21,784 bases of DNA from Tubiluchus corallicola (lineage: Eukaryota; Animalia; Priapulida). Of this stretch, positions 1 through 10,987 are shown one piece after another. The stretch spans positions 1 through 21,784 of the forward strand of contig JAQGDQ010001898.1 of NCBI GenBank assembly GCA_030141605.1. Reading direction: 5' to 3'. The translations under genes and the position numbers were made by a program. A model generated the notes under the pieces. It had not been told where the DNA came from, searched no databases, and worked only from the letters and a program-made list of their open reading frames with translations. Each line of letters begins with the position of its first letter. Position 1 is the first letter of the stretch.

Positions 1-17
1 CATTATTAATTAATTAA

Positions 18-476
18 CCCTTTCATACCCGTTGTATCCCGTGGGATACGAGAATATTTTCTGCCCTTAAAATTAATAAAATTTTAAAACTGACAGTTAT
101 TTGATCTGTTAATAGTTATTTTGATTTAAGCCAATAACAATAGACTAAAAATGGTGATAAAATGGCAAACTAGAAAATCTACATAGCATAAAAAACTGCG
201 TAAGGTACAGTACTTTAGAGACGACTTTGTACAGATCAGCATAGCATGCTTACTAAATGTCTTAAATACTTTAAAAAATTATCAGCTGTTGCAAAATGAA
301 GCACATTTTATGCTTCCATTGAATCCCAATGTATCCCGTGGGATACAGGTTATATTTAGCACGCGGGGCACAGGTAGAAAAAATAATTATGATGTGTAAA
401 CAAGATGGACATGCTGAACAAAAGTACCAAGCCAAAAAATTTTTCTTATTAAAAAAATAATTTGGGACTGAAAGGG
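18..476. mobile_element. piggyBac-superfamily non-autonomous element (MITE), 459 bp
   Basis: TTAA at 14-17 and 477-480 (piggyBac-type target duplication). Termini CCCTTTCATACCC and GGGACTGAAAGGG form an 11/13 inverted repeat. The palindrome GTATCCC-GT-GGGATAC occurs at 34-49 and 331-346. No ORF. Confidence 0.8.
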
Positions 477-807
477 TTAAATGAACTGTAATTTACTCAA
501 ATACCTCATATTGGCAGTTGTCATTATCAATATTTTCTTAAGTCAACATTTTTCATATTAATAAATATATATTTATTAATTAATACAGTAATAATAATAA
601 TACTTATTTATTAATTAATTAATAAGTAAAAATTATTAATAATTAGTAAACATAGCTGAGTATTTACTGTGTATACGACTAAATTAAATATTAAATTTTA
701 GCAACAATTTCATTAACCCTTTCTCACAAATACAGCTGCAGATTTAATACAACAGCAATTTACTTTGCGTGGGAGTATAATTAGGCGCTTAATTGCTTAT
801 ATTTAGA

Positions 808-1370
808 AATTTATTTAGTTTGAAATATTCAAGAAATGATCCATAATAGTTTTGGTAACTATATTGGTCTTCATAATTACGAATTAAATTTTCTTAATGA
901 AAAAAATTAAATTATTTAAAGATTCAAATGTTTATGAATGATCTGGAATAGTTTCAGTACTTATAATGGTCTTGATAACTACGTATTAACATGTCTTAAT
1001 TAAAAAAATTGAATTATTTAAAGTTTCAAGTATTTAAAAATGAAATTATTTAACGTTTCAAATATTTACGAAAGAACTGCAATAGTTTTAATAATTATAA
1101 CGTTCTTAATTAAAAGGGTTCTGTTAAAAAAACTAAATTGTTTGAAATTTCAAACATTTACGAATGATCTGCTATAGTTTTAATAATTAAAACACACTTA
1201 TTTAAAAGGTTCTTTTAAAAAAAATAAATTATTTAAAGTTTCAACCATTTGTGAATGATCTGCGATAGTTTTAACAATTATAACCTTCTTAATTAAATGG
1301 GTTCTTTAAAAAAATCAAAATTATTTAAAGTTTCCGATATTTATGAATGGTTTAGTTTTAATAATTATAG
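808..1370 (+). repeat. Degenerate AT-rich tandem repeat, ~90-100 bp unit, ~6 copies
   Basis: Recurring AAATTATTTAAAGTTTCAA..ATTTA.GAATGATCTG..ATAGTTTTAATAATTATAA motif near 909, 1012, 1043, 1135, 1226 and 1318. Confidence 0.7.
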
Positions 1371-1612
1371 TTGTTAGTTACAGTGTTTGTACCTAGGAAC
1401 AGGCAAAACTTGCGATGTTATTTACAAGGTTAAACGTTCATGCATAAAACTGCTTACTAATTTTTTACCATGACTGATATCCTATTATTCACCATTATAT
1501 CCTGCTGTGAAAATGTTTCTAGTGGGAATTTTTTGTGAGAGAATGAAGAGCTTAAACAAAGAGATCCGGTTTGGAGGTGTTTTACCTGGGCAGAGAGCAA
1601 GAAATGATTACA

Positions 1613-3985
1613 AGTCTGAAGTTCGTTCAAAGGAGAGGCTGAAGTTCGTTCAAAGGCGAGTCTGATGCTCGTTCAAAGGCGAGTCTGATGCTCGTTCAAA
1701 GGAGAGTCTCAAATTCGTTCAAAGGAGAGTCTGAAGTTCGTTCAAAGGAGAGTCTGAAGTTCGTTCAAAGGCGAGTCTGAAGTTCGTTCAAAGGAGAGTC
1801 TGAAGTTCGTTCAAAGGAGAGTCTGAAGTTCGTTCAAAGGCGAGTCTGAAGTTCGTTCAAAGGCGAGTCTGAAGTTCGTTCAAAGGCGAGTCTGAAGTTC
1901 GTTCAAAGGAGAGTCTGAAGTTCGTTCAATCCTGAATCTGAAGTTCGTTCAAAGGAGAGTCTGAAGTTCGTTCAAAGGCGAGTCTGATGTTCGTTCAAAG
2001 GAGAGTCTGAAGTTCGTTCAAAGGCGAGTCTGAAGTTCGTTCAAAGGCGAGTCTGAAGTTCGTTCAAAGGCGAGTCTGAAGTTCGTTCAAAGGCGAGTCT
2101 GAAGTTCGTTCAAAGGAGAGTCTGAAGTTCGTTCAAAGGAGAGTCTGAAGTTCGTTCAAAGGCGAGTCTGAAGTTCGTTCAAAGGCGAGTCTGAAGTTCG
2201 TTCAAAGGAGAGTCTGAAGTTTGTTCAAAGGAGAGTCTGAAATTCGTTCAAAGGAGAGTCTGAAGTTCGTTCAAAGGCGAGGCTGAAGTTCATTCAAAGG
2301 AGAGTCTGAAGTTCGTTCAAAGGAGAGTCAGAAGTTCGTTCAAAGGCGAGTCTGAAGTTCGTTCAGAGGCGAGTCTGAAGTTCGTTCAAAGGAGAGTCTC
2401 AAGTTCGTTCAAAGGAGAGTCTGAAGTTCGTTCAAAGGCGAGTCTGAAGTTTGTTCAAAGGAGAGTCTGAAGTTCGTTCAAAGGCGAGTCTGAAGTTCGT
2501 TCAAAGGAGAGTCTGTAGTTCGTTCAAAGGAGAGTCTGAAGTTCGTTCAAAGGCGAGGCTGAAATTCATTCAAAGGAGAGTCTGAAGTTCGTTCAAAGGA
2601 GAGTCAGAAGTTCGTTCAAAGGCGAGTCTGAAGTTCGTTCAGAGGCGAGTCTGAAGTTCGTTCAAAGGAGAGTCTCAAGTTCGTTCAAAGGAGAGTCTGA
2701 AGTTCGTTCAAAGGCGAGTCTGAAGTTTGTTCAAAGGAGAGTCTGAAGTTCGTTCAAAGGCGAGTCTGAAGTTCGTTCAAAGGCAAGTCTGAAGTTCGTT
2801 CAAAGGCGAGTCTGAAGTTCGTTCAACGGAGAGCCTGAAATTCGTCCAAAGGAGAGTCTGAAGTTCGTTCAAAGGAGAGTCTGAAGTTCGTTCAAAGGAG
2901 AGTCTGAAGTTCGTTCAAAGGCGAGTCTGAAGTTCGTTCAAAGGAGAGTCTGAAGTTCGTTCAAAGGCGAGTCTGAAGTTCGTTCAAAGGCGAGTCTGAA
3001 GTTCGTTCAAAGGCGAGTCTGAAGTTCGTTCAAAGGAGAGTCTGAAGTTCGTTCAAAGGAGAGTCTGAAGTTCGTTCAAAGGCGAGTCTGAAGTTCGTTC
3101 AAAGGCGAGTCTGAAGTTCGTTCAAAGGCGAGTCTGAAGTTCGTTCAAAGGCGAGTCTGAAGTTCGTTCAAAGGCGAGTCTGAAGTTCGTTCAAAGGAGA
3201 GTCTGAAGTTCGTTCAAAGGCGAGTCTGAAGTTCGTTCAAAGGCGAGTCTGAAGTTCGTTCAAAGGCGAGTCTGAAGTTCGTTCAAAGGAGAGTCTGAAG
3301 TTCGTTCAAAGGCGAGTCTGAAGTTCGTTCAAAGGCGAGTCTGAAGTTCGTTCAAAGGCGAGTCTGAAGTTCGTTCAAAGGAGAGTCTGAAGTTCGTTCA
3401 AAGGCGAGTCTGAAGTTCGTTCAAAGGCGAGTCTGAAGTTCGTTCAAAGGCGAGTCTGAAGTTCGTTCAAAGGCGAGTCTGAAGTTCGTTCAAAGGAGAG
3501 TCTGAAGTTCGTTCAAAGGCGAGTCTGAAGTTCGTTCAAAGGCGAGTCTGAAGTTCGTTCAAAGGCGAGTCTGAAGTTCGTTCAAAGGCGAGTCTGAAGT
3601 TCGTTCAAAGGAGAGTCTGAAGTTCGTTCAAAGGAGAGGCTGAAGTTCGTTCAAAGGCGAGTCTGAAGTTCGTTCAAAGGCGAGTCTGATGCTCGTTCAA
3701 AGGCGAGTCTGAAGTTCGTTCAAAGGCGAGTCTGAAGTTCGTTCAAAGGAGAGTCTGAAGCTCGTTCAAAGGCGAGTCTGAAGTTCGTTCAAAGGAGAGT
3801 CTGAAGCTCGTTCAAAGGCGAGTCTGAAGCTCGTTCAAAGGAGAGTCTGAAGCTCGTTCAAAGGCGAGTCTGAAGTTCGTTCAAAGGCGAGTCTGAAGTT
3901 CGTTCAAAGGAGAGTCTGAAGTTCGTTCAAAGGAGAGTCTGAAGTTCGTTCAAAGGAGAGTCTGAAATTCGTTCAAAGGAGAGGC
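1613..3985 (+). repeat. 23-bp minisatellite AGTCTGAAGTTCGTTCAAAGG(A/C)G, ~103 copies
   Basis: Head-to-tail units with no spacers. Each unit has a TGA on both strands and 23 is not a multiple of 3, so all frames close. Confidence 0.98.
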
Positions 3986-4172
3986 AGCAAAAGCAAAATG
4001 GAGGAAATTTTAAGTGACTTTTTGATTGCTAAAATATGCCAATATTATTTACATTGTTCATTGTTTCTCATTGAAGTTTAGGTAGCCATTGTTACTTTCT
4101 TTAAAATAAATTTAAACTCAATAATAATTGAAACGTAGACGATTAAATTATTTGGTTAGTACGTTAGCGCCC

Positions 4173-4375
4173 AAGTGTTTCTGGTAATTTAATAATAGAG
4201 TAAAAACTTAATGAACGGCGGCGAAGCCCAACTATTGATGACGTCACAAACTAACATAATTTTCAACAGCACAAACATTCCACGAGCGTGTTGCACGTGT
4301 TTAGGGAAGGCAAAATTGAAGTACAGTGCTACTGTAAGATATTCTGTGTGATACAGTAACACTAGACAAATGTTA
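4173..4375 (-). repeat. Diverged copy of a dispersed repeat also present at 10225-10427 and 20386-20522
   Basis: The reverse complement aligns with 10225-10427 (shared TCACAAACTAACATAATT and AAAATTGAAGTACAGTGCTA.TGTAAGA), roughly 75% identity. Confidence 0.8.
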
Positions 4376-4587
4376 CCTATAGTTTTTGCCTATAGATCAA
4401 ATTCGATCCTGTTTTCCTATAATGCCAACATATAACCGCAGCATTTACAAATAATTACAAAGATTCAGAGATGTAAGCTTCGAACTGACCCGTGCCCAAC
4501 CAGAAAATTCTCAAACGAGAGGTAAATACTGAACAAATACGCAGGAGGTGCACGAATTTTCGTGTGTTGACATAATTTTTTCCTCAG

Positions 4588-4748
4588 ATTTGCCAAGGCG
4601 ATCTAGGATCGGGTACCCCTTCCGCAAAACGAACGTCACCATCACATCTACAAGCAAAACCCTCCACCCGAACACCTCATTCGTGGAGCTGCCCCTGCTG
4701 ATTATTGTACCTGCAATTTTCGCGTGTTTGTTTTGCTCTCAAGCTTAA
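4588..4748 (+). other. Candidate terminal coding exon (Ser/Thr-rich stretch followed by a hydrophobic C-terminus)
   Basis: Acceptor-like TTTTTTCCTCAG ends at 4587; GC is locally raised; the frame LPRRSRIGYPFRKTNVTITSTSKTLHPNTSFVELPLLIIVPAIFACLFCSQA ends at TAA 4746-4748; AATAAA at 4862. No homologue recognised. Confidence 0.25.
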
Positions 4749-5072
4749 TTGAAATGCAAAAATCTAAGGCGTAGTTACCTGTACAGGTGTTAAGAGCAAG
4801 GTAACAGCGACCTCACGATTTCACAAACTTTGTTTTAATATCAAACGATTCATGTTTTCTTAATAAAGTGATTTGCCTTTCGGGCGTGTTTGATTAAAAC
4901 AGAAATGTAACTGGAAATACAGATGGATCGTTGACTTCTTGTTTTATGTAAATTAATGTGGGTTTTCACGAAAACGTGAGCATGCCTAGGCCCACATGGG
5001 CCACTGATTATGCAAGATTTAGGCCTATCATAGGCCCTTAATCTTGATCAACAAAGGCCTATCTTAGACCTT

Positions 5073-5124
5073 TAATAATAATAATATAGTGATAATAATA
5101 ATAATAATGATAATAATAATATTA

Positions 5125-5161
<37 letters not shown>

Positions 5162-5207
5162 CAACTACAACAACAACAACAACAATAATAATAATAATAA
5201 CAACAAC

Positions 5208-5258
<51 letters not shown>
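5073..5258 (+). repeat. (AAT)n microsatellite with (AAC)n interruptions
   Basis: Directly visible; explains the poly-Ile/Thr/Val ORFs. Confidence 0.97.
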
Positions 5259-5259
<1 letters not shown>

Positions 5260-6877
5260 TGTGTCTCTTTTGCAAGTGCCTCTACCAGAACGAATGGTTG
5301 CGAGTTAATTTGGAGGTGCGTTTTTTTCTGGTCCACCCTGTATTACTCACCACAAAGGACCGATACACGATTGTCACACAGTAAAAAATTCCACAGGTTA
5401 AACATAGCAACAATTTTACCCAAAACTAAATCTTAATGCAAAATTTGAAAGTTAATTACCTGAACAAGTGAAAAATGTGGAAGTGCAACCTGCACAAACA
5501 GATTCGGACACAAAACAGATCAATTTAAACTCGTTTTTTTTTATCTAAATGGAACCGATATGATAATCCTGATATCAATTAGCAACAAATTTCTTTGTCT
5601 GTAGGTTACGTAAATCTATATTTTTCGTGACTGTTCTAATTCATGGGGTTTTTCTGCTGGTTTATCGTGTCACAACGCATGAGTCATAGTGTCAGCGATT
5701 TTTAATCTAAAAGGACAGGTGTCCTAACCCCCATTATTGAGTCTAATGGGTTACAGGGTTACCTTTCTAGGTTATGTCTTTCTAGGTTACATAAATACGT
5801 GGAAAAAAACTTGATAATGTAGGCCTAAGAGATAGCGATAGAGACAGCTTTTCTCTTTCTAAGTGACACGATTATTTAGTTCTCCGACACGTTGACTCAA
5901 TTTTCTATTGTCCTGATTGGCTGTTTCGTCACGTGACTCGGTTGTGTGATTTGTCTCAGCAGGAAAGGGGTACCTGAAGTAGGTTTAAAAAATCGAGTTT
6001 AAAAATTATATACTTTTATAGCGTTTTTTTGCGTATGTCGTACTCGCGTTGAAAGGATTTTTTTGTTTGTTTTCATTTTAAGTCGCCCGCAATGCTGTTC
6101 CGACGGCGCCATTACATGACGTCATATACGCACAACGAAAATCAGGAGAAGAAAAGGAAATGTTAAATTATGTCCCAGAAAACTTTCCACGCAAATCTAT
6201 ATTACTTAGCATTTCGCTTAACTTCTTGAAAGACTTAATGTAACTAGAAGAAGAATTATTAACTATTTAAAATGTTAAGATGGTAAGATGTCACTGACTC
6301 ACCCTCCAGGGTGCACCACCCACTAACCGCATTTTTAATCTTATTGGCAAGATACAGTAATTCAAAATTTTACTTAGTTAGTGACGTATGCACTGTGAAT
6401 GCTCTGATTATTTTTTCAAACTTTACTCAATGTTATCTAACATGTTTCAAACGACCTACCATTAAAATGGCTGCGCCTAACGGAGTATAAATTTACATGT
6501 TTTATACAGCGTTACTGGCGACGCAACCCCTGTATGCAAAAAGGCAGCATGAAGTGGTACAAAATTTCAGGGCATTTTTTTAGACTTTATGTAAGTGGAA
6601 GATTTTCTTGTGCTTAAAAGCTTAAAAGGTAAACATGCAGGATGAAGCAGATCGCAACTGCTGGCAGTGGCAAATGCCTTACATCATGCAGGAGTATGTC
6701 CTGCGCTTCTTTTGACATGTTTTACCAATTTGCCGTGCGTCAGAGTTTCAAAATTCGGCAACGCAAAAATTCGTCAATGTTTTCTTAAGCACTCTGAAAT
6801 GAGAAGTTTCGACATTTTTGTCTCTTATGCCGAAACATGACCCATTTTGACCCTGAAAAGTACAAGATGTGGACTCA

Positions 6878-7568
6878 TTGTATAGTGTAGTGTATTATAT
6901 TGTGTTGTGGTGTGGTGTAGTACAGTGCAGTGTAGCATAGCATAGCGTAGTGTAGTGCAGTGCAGTGTAGCATAGCATAGTGTAGCATAGTGTAATGTTT
7001 TGTAGTGTAATGTAGCATAGTGTAGTGTAGTTTGGTGTAGTTTAGTTTGGTGTAGTGCAGTGTAGAGTAGTGTAGTGTAGGGTAGTGTAGTGTAGTGTAG
7101 TGTAGTGTAGTGTAGTGTAGTGTAGTGTAGTGTAGTGTGTAGTGTAGTGTACTGTAGTTTATTATATTGTATTGTGGTGTAGTGCAGTGCAGTGTAGCGT
7201 AGCATAGCATAGTGTAGTCTAGTGTAGTGTAGCATAAGGGTATTGTATTGCAGTGTAGTCCAGTGCAGTGTAGCATAGTGTAGCGTTGTGCAATGTTGTG
7301 CAGTGTAGTGTAGCATAGTGTAGTGTAGTGTAGTGTAGTGTAGTGTAGTGTAGTGTAGTGTAGTGTAGTGTAGTGTAGTGTAGTGTAGTGTAGTGTAGCC
7401 TAGTCTAGTGTAGTGTAGCACAGTGCATTGTATTGTATTGTATTGCGTTGCATTGCATTGCATTGTATTGTGTTGTATTGCGTTGCGTTGCATTGCATTG
7501 CATTGCCTTGTATTGTATTGTGGTGTAGCATAGTGTAGTGCAGCGCAATATAGTGTAGCATACTGTAG
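6878..7568 (+). repeat. Compound pentanucleotide microsatellite (TAGTG)n with TGCAG, TAGCA, TATTG and CATTG variants
   Basis: 5-bp periodicity with pure runs near 7083-7137 and 7316-7397; explains the LHYTT-repeat ORFs. Confidence 0.97.
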
Positions 7569-7570
7569 TT

Positions 7571-7952
7571 ATTCGCATTCGAACGAGTTTTTCTTAGTCC
7601 AAATTCGATTCGAACCTAAAATTATAGATTTGAATAATTCAGCAGTTCAACCACATACGCTCTTTTGTCATTAAAATGTTTGAAACAGCAGCAGCAATTA
7701 GCCCAATTTAGCTGCAATTTCTGCACAAAATTTTTAATGGACTAATAGTGGTTTCACTGCAGAACAAAATCAAGTACTGTGCATGATTTGTGTAAGATAG
7801 CTTTTTACCAGTGATTCGAAAACTCGTTCGGAAATCTTTCAAACTCGAATTCGATTCGAACTCGAAATACTGAAAATCCGTTCGATTCGAATTCAAATGT
7901 CATGAACTCGATTTGATTCGAATTCGCATTCTGATAGAGATGCCCACACCTA
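7571..7952. mobile_element. Remnant of a hAT-like non-autonomous DNA transposon with TTCGAA/ATTCGA subterminal repeats
   Basis: Dense ATTCGAA motifs at 7571-7640 and 7813-7930; perfect 12-bp inverted pair CGAACGAGTTTT (7580-7591) / AAAACTCGTTCG (7819-7830); right end GCCCACACCTA reads TAGGTGTGGGC on the minus strand, a hAT-style terminus. Left terminus and TSD not confirmed. Confidence 0.5.
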
Positions 7953-9569
7953 CCGGTTATAGCAAATATTAAATGCTGATCTTGCATATTAGCGAACAAA
8001 GCAATTGTGGCTGTATCAGTTGCTGACCTGGCGTAGCATCAAACATAGCATATTCGCCAAACACATGTATAATACATATTTTACCTTCAGCACCAGACTT
8101 ATCAGCTATCTTGTTCCATTGCACTGTTATTTATCTTTATTGCTAAAGTTTTTAGCATTGTAAGCCCTGCTAAAAATGGCGTCATATAAATGAAAAAAGT
8201 CATATTGCAAAATCTTAAAGTATCAATCTATTTCGACATTCTGTTTTAAATTTCATCAATTTATACTGTGCTTACGAGTTCACCACGTGCACATACTTGT
8301 GCTACTAGCCGGCATGAATCGATCATTTTATTCTAACTACTACGATTAATTGATCAAAATTTCTCATAAGTGGTAGCACTATCTTTAATGATGGGCACTT
8401 GCATAGTAAGTTATCAGAAGCTCAGTTTGATATCTACGAACAGGCTTCGGGAGAGAATGATTGGTCGTTTTCATTAAATTGTTTTGCAGTCTCCAATTGG
8501 CTGTAGTTTATTCAATCTAATAATAATAGGCCTGCAATAAAATAAATACTTAAACAATGGCATTTAAAAATAATACTATCAATGTTTACGTAAGTGACTG
8601 TGCTCTCTTGAAGTTTCAGTTTGAGTTACAGCCGAACACAATTTTTACGAATTGTTACTATTTTGAAAATATCATTGAATAATTCTTATCATTAGAATTA
8701 ATCGCCAATTGCTATTGCAATAAGTACTTGTTTTATTTAACAATAAAAACATTATTATTATTATTATAAAATATTTTATTATTTCAAAAAAGTTGCCACG
8801 AAGATATTGAGCCAGTCACTGTCCAGCTCGCCATCGGTTCTCAACTGTCCTTGAAACATTTCGAGTTTTAAGAAGGCTTCCCGCATTGCCGTAGTCTGTC
8901 AGTTGTCAACAAGTTCACGTAGTTCTGCCACTCAACAGAGTTCTTTACTTTTTTGTTTTTTGGTAACCGGATATTGTTCGCTTTTTCAAGCCAAATTGAC
9001 TGGAACCGTTACTAATGCGCAAAAAGGTATGTGTAGTCTTCTAATCAGCCTACGTTAACGTTGTAGTTTGAAACGTTTTGAACTGTTACTTAGTCCTACT
9101 GCAATAACTTGTACTGCGTAGGATGTTCGCGCTTGCTCGACAGCCCGTTATGCGCCGGGGTGCCGTGTAGAAACGCTTTGTCGTGTACTACAGCACCGCT
9201 TATCTTGCCACATGCTGTGTACAGTGAGGCGGTACTGGTACACAGAGATATCTGCAAGCACGAATGTATCACGTAGTGTTGTCATGTGCGGGCTAAAGTA
9301 TGTCATTTGGATTGCTCACATTTTCATGACTGAGAAAGTTTTTATTACTTGTCGATATTCGGTAATTTATGGCAAAACGTATTCAGAGATTACTAGATTA
9401 CATGTCTTCTCTTGTGTGTTTGTGCCTGTTTTGGTAGTGCTTCAATGGTACTATTCACCCAATGTGCAGTGTTATGAAAAATTGCTTTCTCGGTAAGTGT
9501 ACAACAACTTAGATTTCAATGAGTGCTAGACGTTCATTTTTTTACTAATTATCGGCGATTCGAGAAGTG

Positions 9570-10773
9570 TGGTAGAGCTGTAAAACTTTGCAATTTGTAA
9601 ATGAGCCTAATACATGAATCAACTGATCGCTTTCCTAACTAGCAATTAAAGCAGGTGGATTTCTGCTTCACATTTTGTGCAATAGATGGCAGCAGCTGCA
9701 TCCTATGTGCGAACCATCTTTGTCAGCATTTTCTACATCGTCTTTCTATCATTGGTGGTTTTCAGTTTCAGTGATTTGCCTTATATATACCAGTTGTCAT
9801 GTCAGCCTGCAGAAAATATTTTTTCCGCTAAATGCTCAGTGCTTGGCAGCCTTGCCTACATCTTCAAAAATGAGGATTCTCTCTTTTAGCAAAACCGGAC
9901 CCAATCTTAAACTGTAGGTCAAAACAATTTACTTTTTAAAGGGACAGGGAGCATTGAAAAGAAACATACTATTTTTTCAAAAATAACTTACGTGAAAGAA
10001 TTATTTCCACACAAATACAATTTCACGTTCGCACCACGTGTTCTTCGCTGTTACATGTTTTTCGCCATTTGCTAGTTAGATGGGCACTAGCGCCTGCATT
10101 GCAAAAATGCACAAAAACAAGTGATCTACGTCTCAGTTCAGATGTGTTAGTTTGTGACGAACTACACACGTTCGACAGCTCATGGGTGAGCACAGTGGTA
10201 AATTTGAAATTTGAATTTTTAGCTTAAAACTTGCCTAGTTTTAGTACGACACACTGAATCTCTTACACTAGCACTGTACTTCAATTTTCGCTTTTGCAAA
10301 TACGCGCAACACGTTTGTGGAATATTTTTGCTGCTGACAATTATGTTAGTTTGTGATGTCATTAATACATGGGCTCGACTGCTGTTAATTAATTTTCCGT
10401 TCTATTATTTAATTATCAGAAACGCTTTTGCAGTATTAATCATGTTAAACTGTTTACTTTTTATCGGACTTGAAAATGGGGTAGTATATGAAAAATCATC
10501 CTGTCTTCCTTTAAACTTTTAATAAGTATTACTAAAATTGATAAGGACACCTTATACGTGCACATTTACGCCCTAAGGCCAACGTAATGGTTGAATTAAT
10601 GACCATGTTTACCTACAGAACTTATAATTGCCTATAATAAGAACTTTCTAGTAGAAGTGGCTAGACAAGCACCATTCTACGAGGATCACATTTCTTTATG
10701 TTACTATATTAGCAACACTAACGTTCTTTTCACAAAAAAGGCTCAAACAATTTAGTATTTCCACTTGGGAATG
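9570..10773 (+). repeat. Donor copy of a 1.2 kb direct duplication (second copy at 19726-20866)
   Basis: Offset 10156, matching the identical ORF pairs 9675/19831 and 9686/19842. Near-identical over 9570-10177 and 10505-10773. Confidence 0.97.
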
Positions 10774-10987
10774 AGAGGCAAATTAAAATCAAGTGTATAA
10801 AACAGTCTAGATAGATAAAACAATCAGGTAGAACAGATTCCACGTGTACGTGAGTGACTTCTGTTGTTCTACTGAAAATTTCATTGTCTAATCATCCATC
10901 GAAAATTTCCACTAAAAACTAAGTCTATTATTATTCCTTGAAGGCTGCAAAACTTATACAACTGACATAGCTAACATTTTTCACACG

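Noticed and set aside
1613-3985. CRISPR array
   Set aside because: Repeats are contiguous with no unique spacers, there are no cas genes, and the context is eukaryotic.
5064-5436. ORFs with poly-Ile/Thr/Val
   Set aside because: They are translations of the (AAT)n/(AAC)n microsatellite.
6307-6855. hAT MITE bounded by CAGGGT...ACCCTG
   Set aside because: Only a 6-bp inverted match and no 8-bp TSD (TCACCCTC versus AAAAGTAC).
6825-7493. 222-aa and 133-aa LHYTT-repeat ORFs; telomeric repeat
   Set aside because: (CACTA)n has no stop codon in any frame, so long ORFs are expected; TAGTG is not TTAGG or TTAGGG.
9212-9496. 94-aa ORF
   Set aside because: No recognisable motif or supporting splice or homology evidence; length is compatible with chance.
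9675-9917. Duplicated short ORFs (also 19831-20073) as a conserved gene pair
   Set aside because: Identity reflects the recent DNA duplication; no recognisable domain or gene structure.
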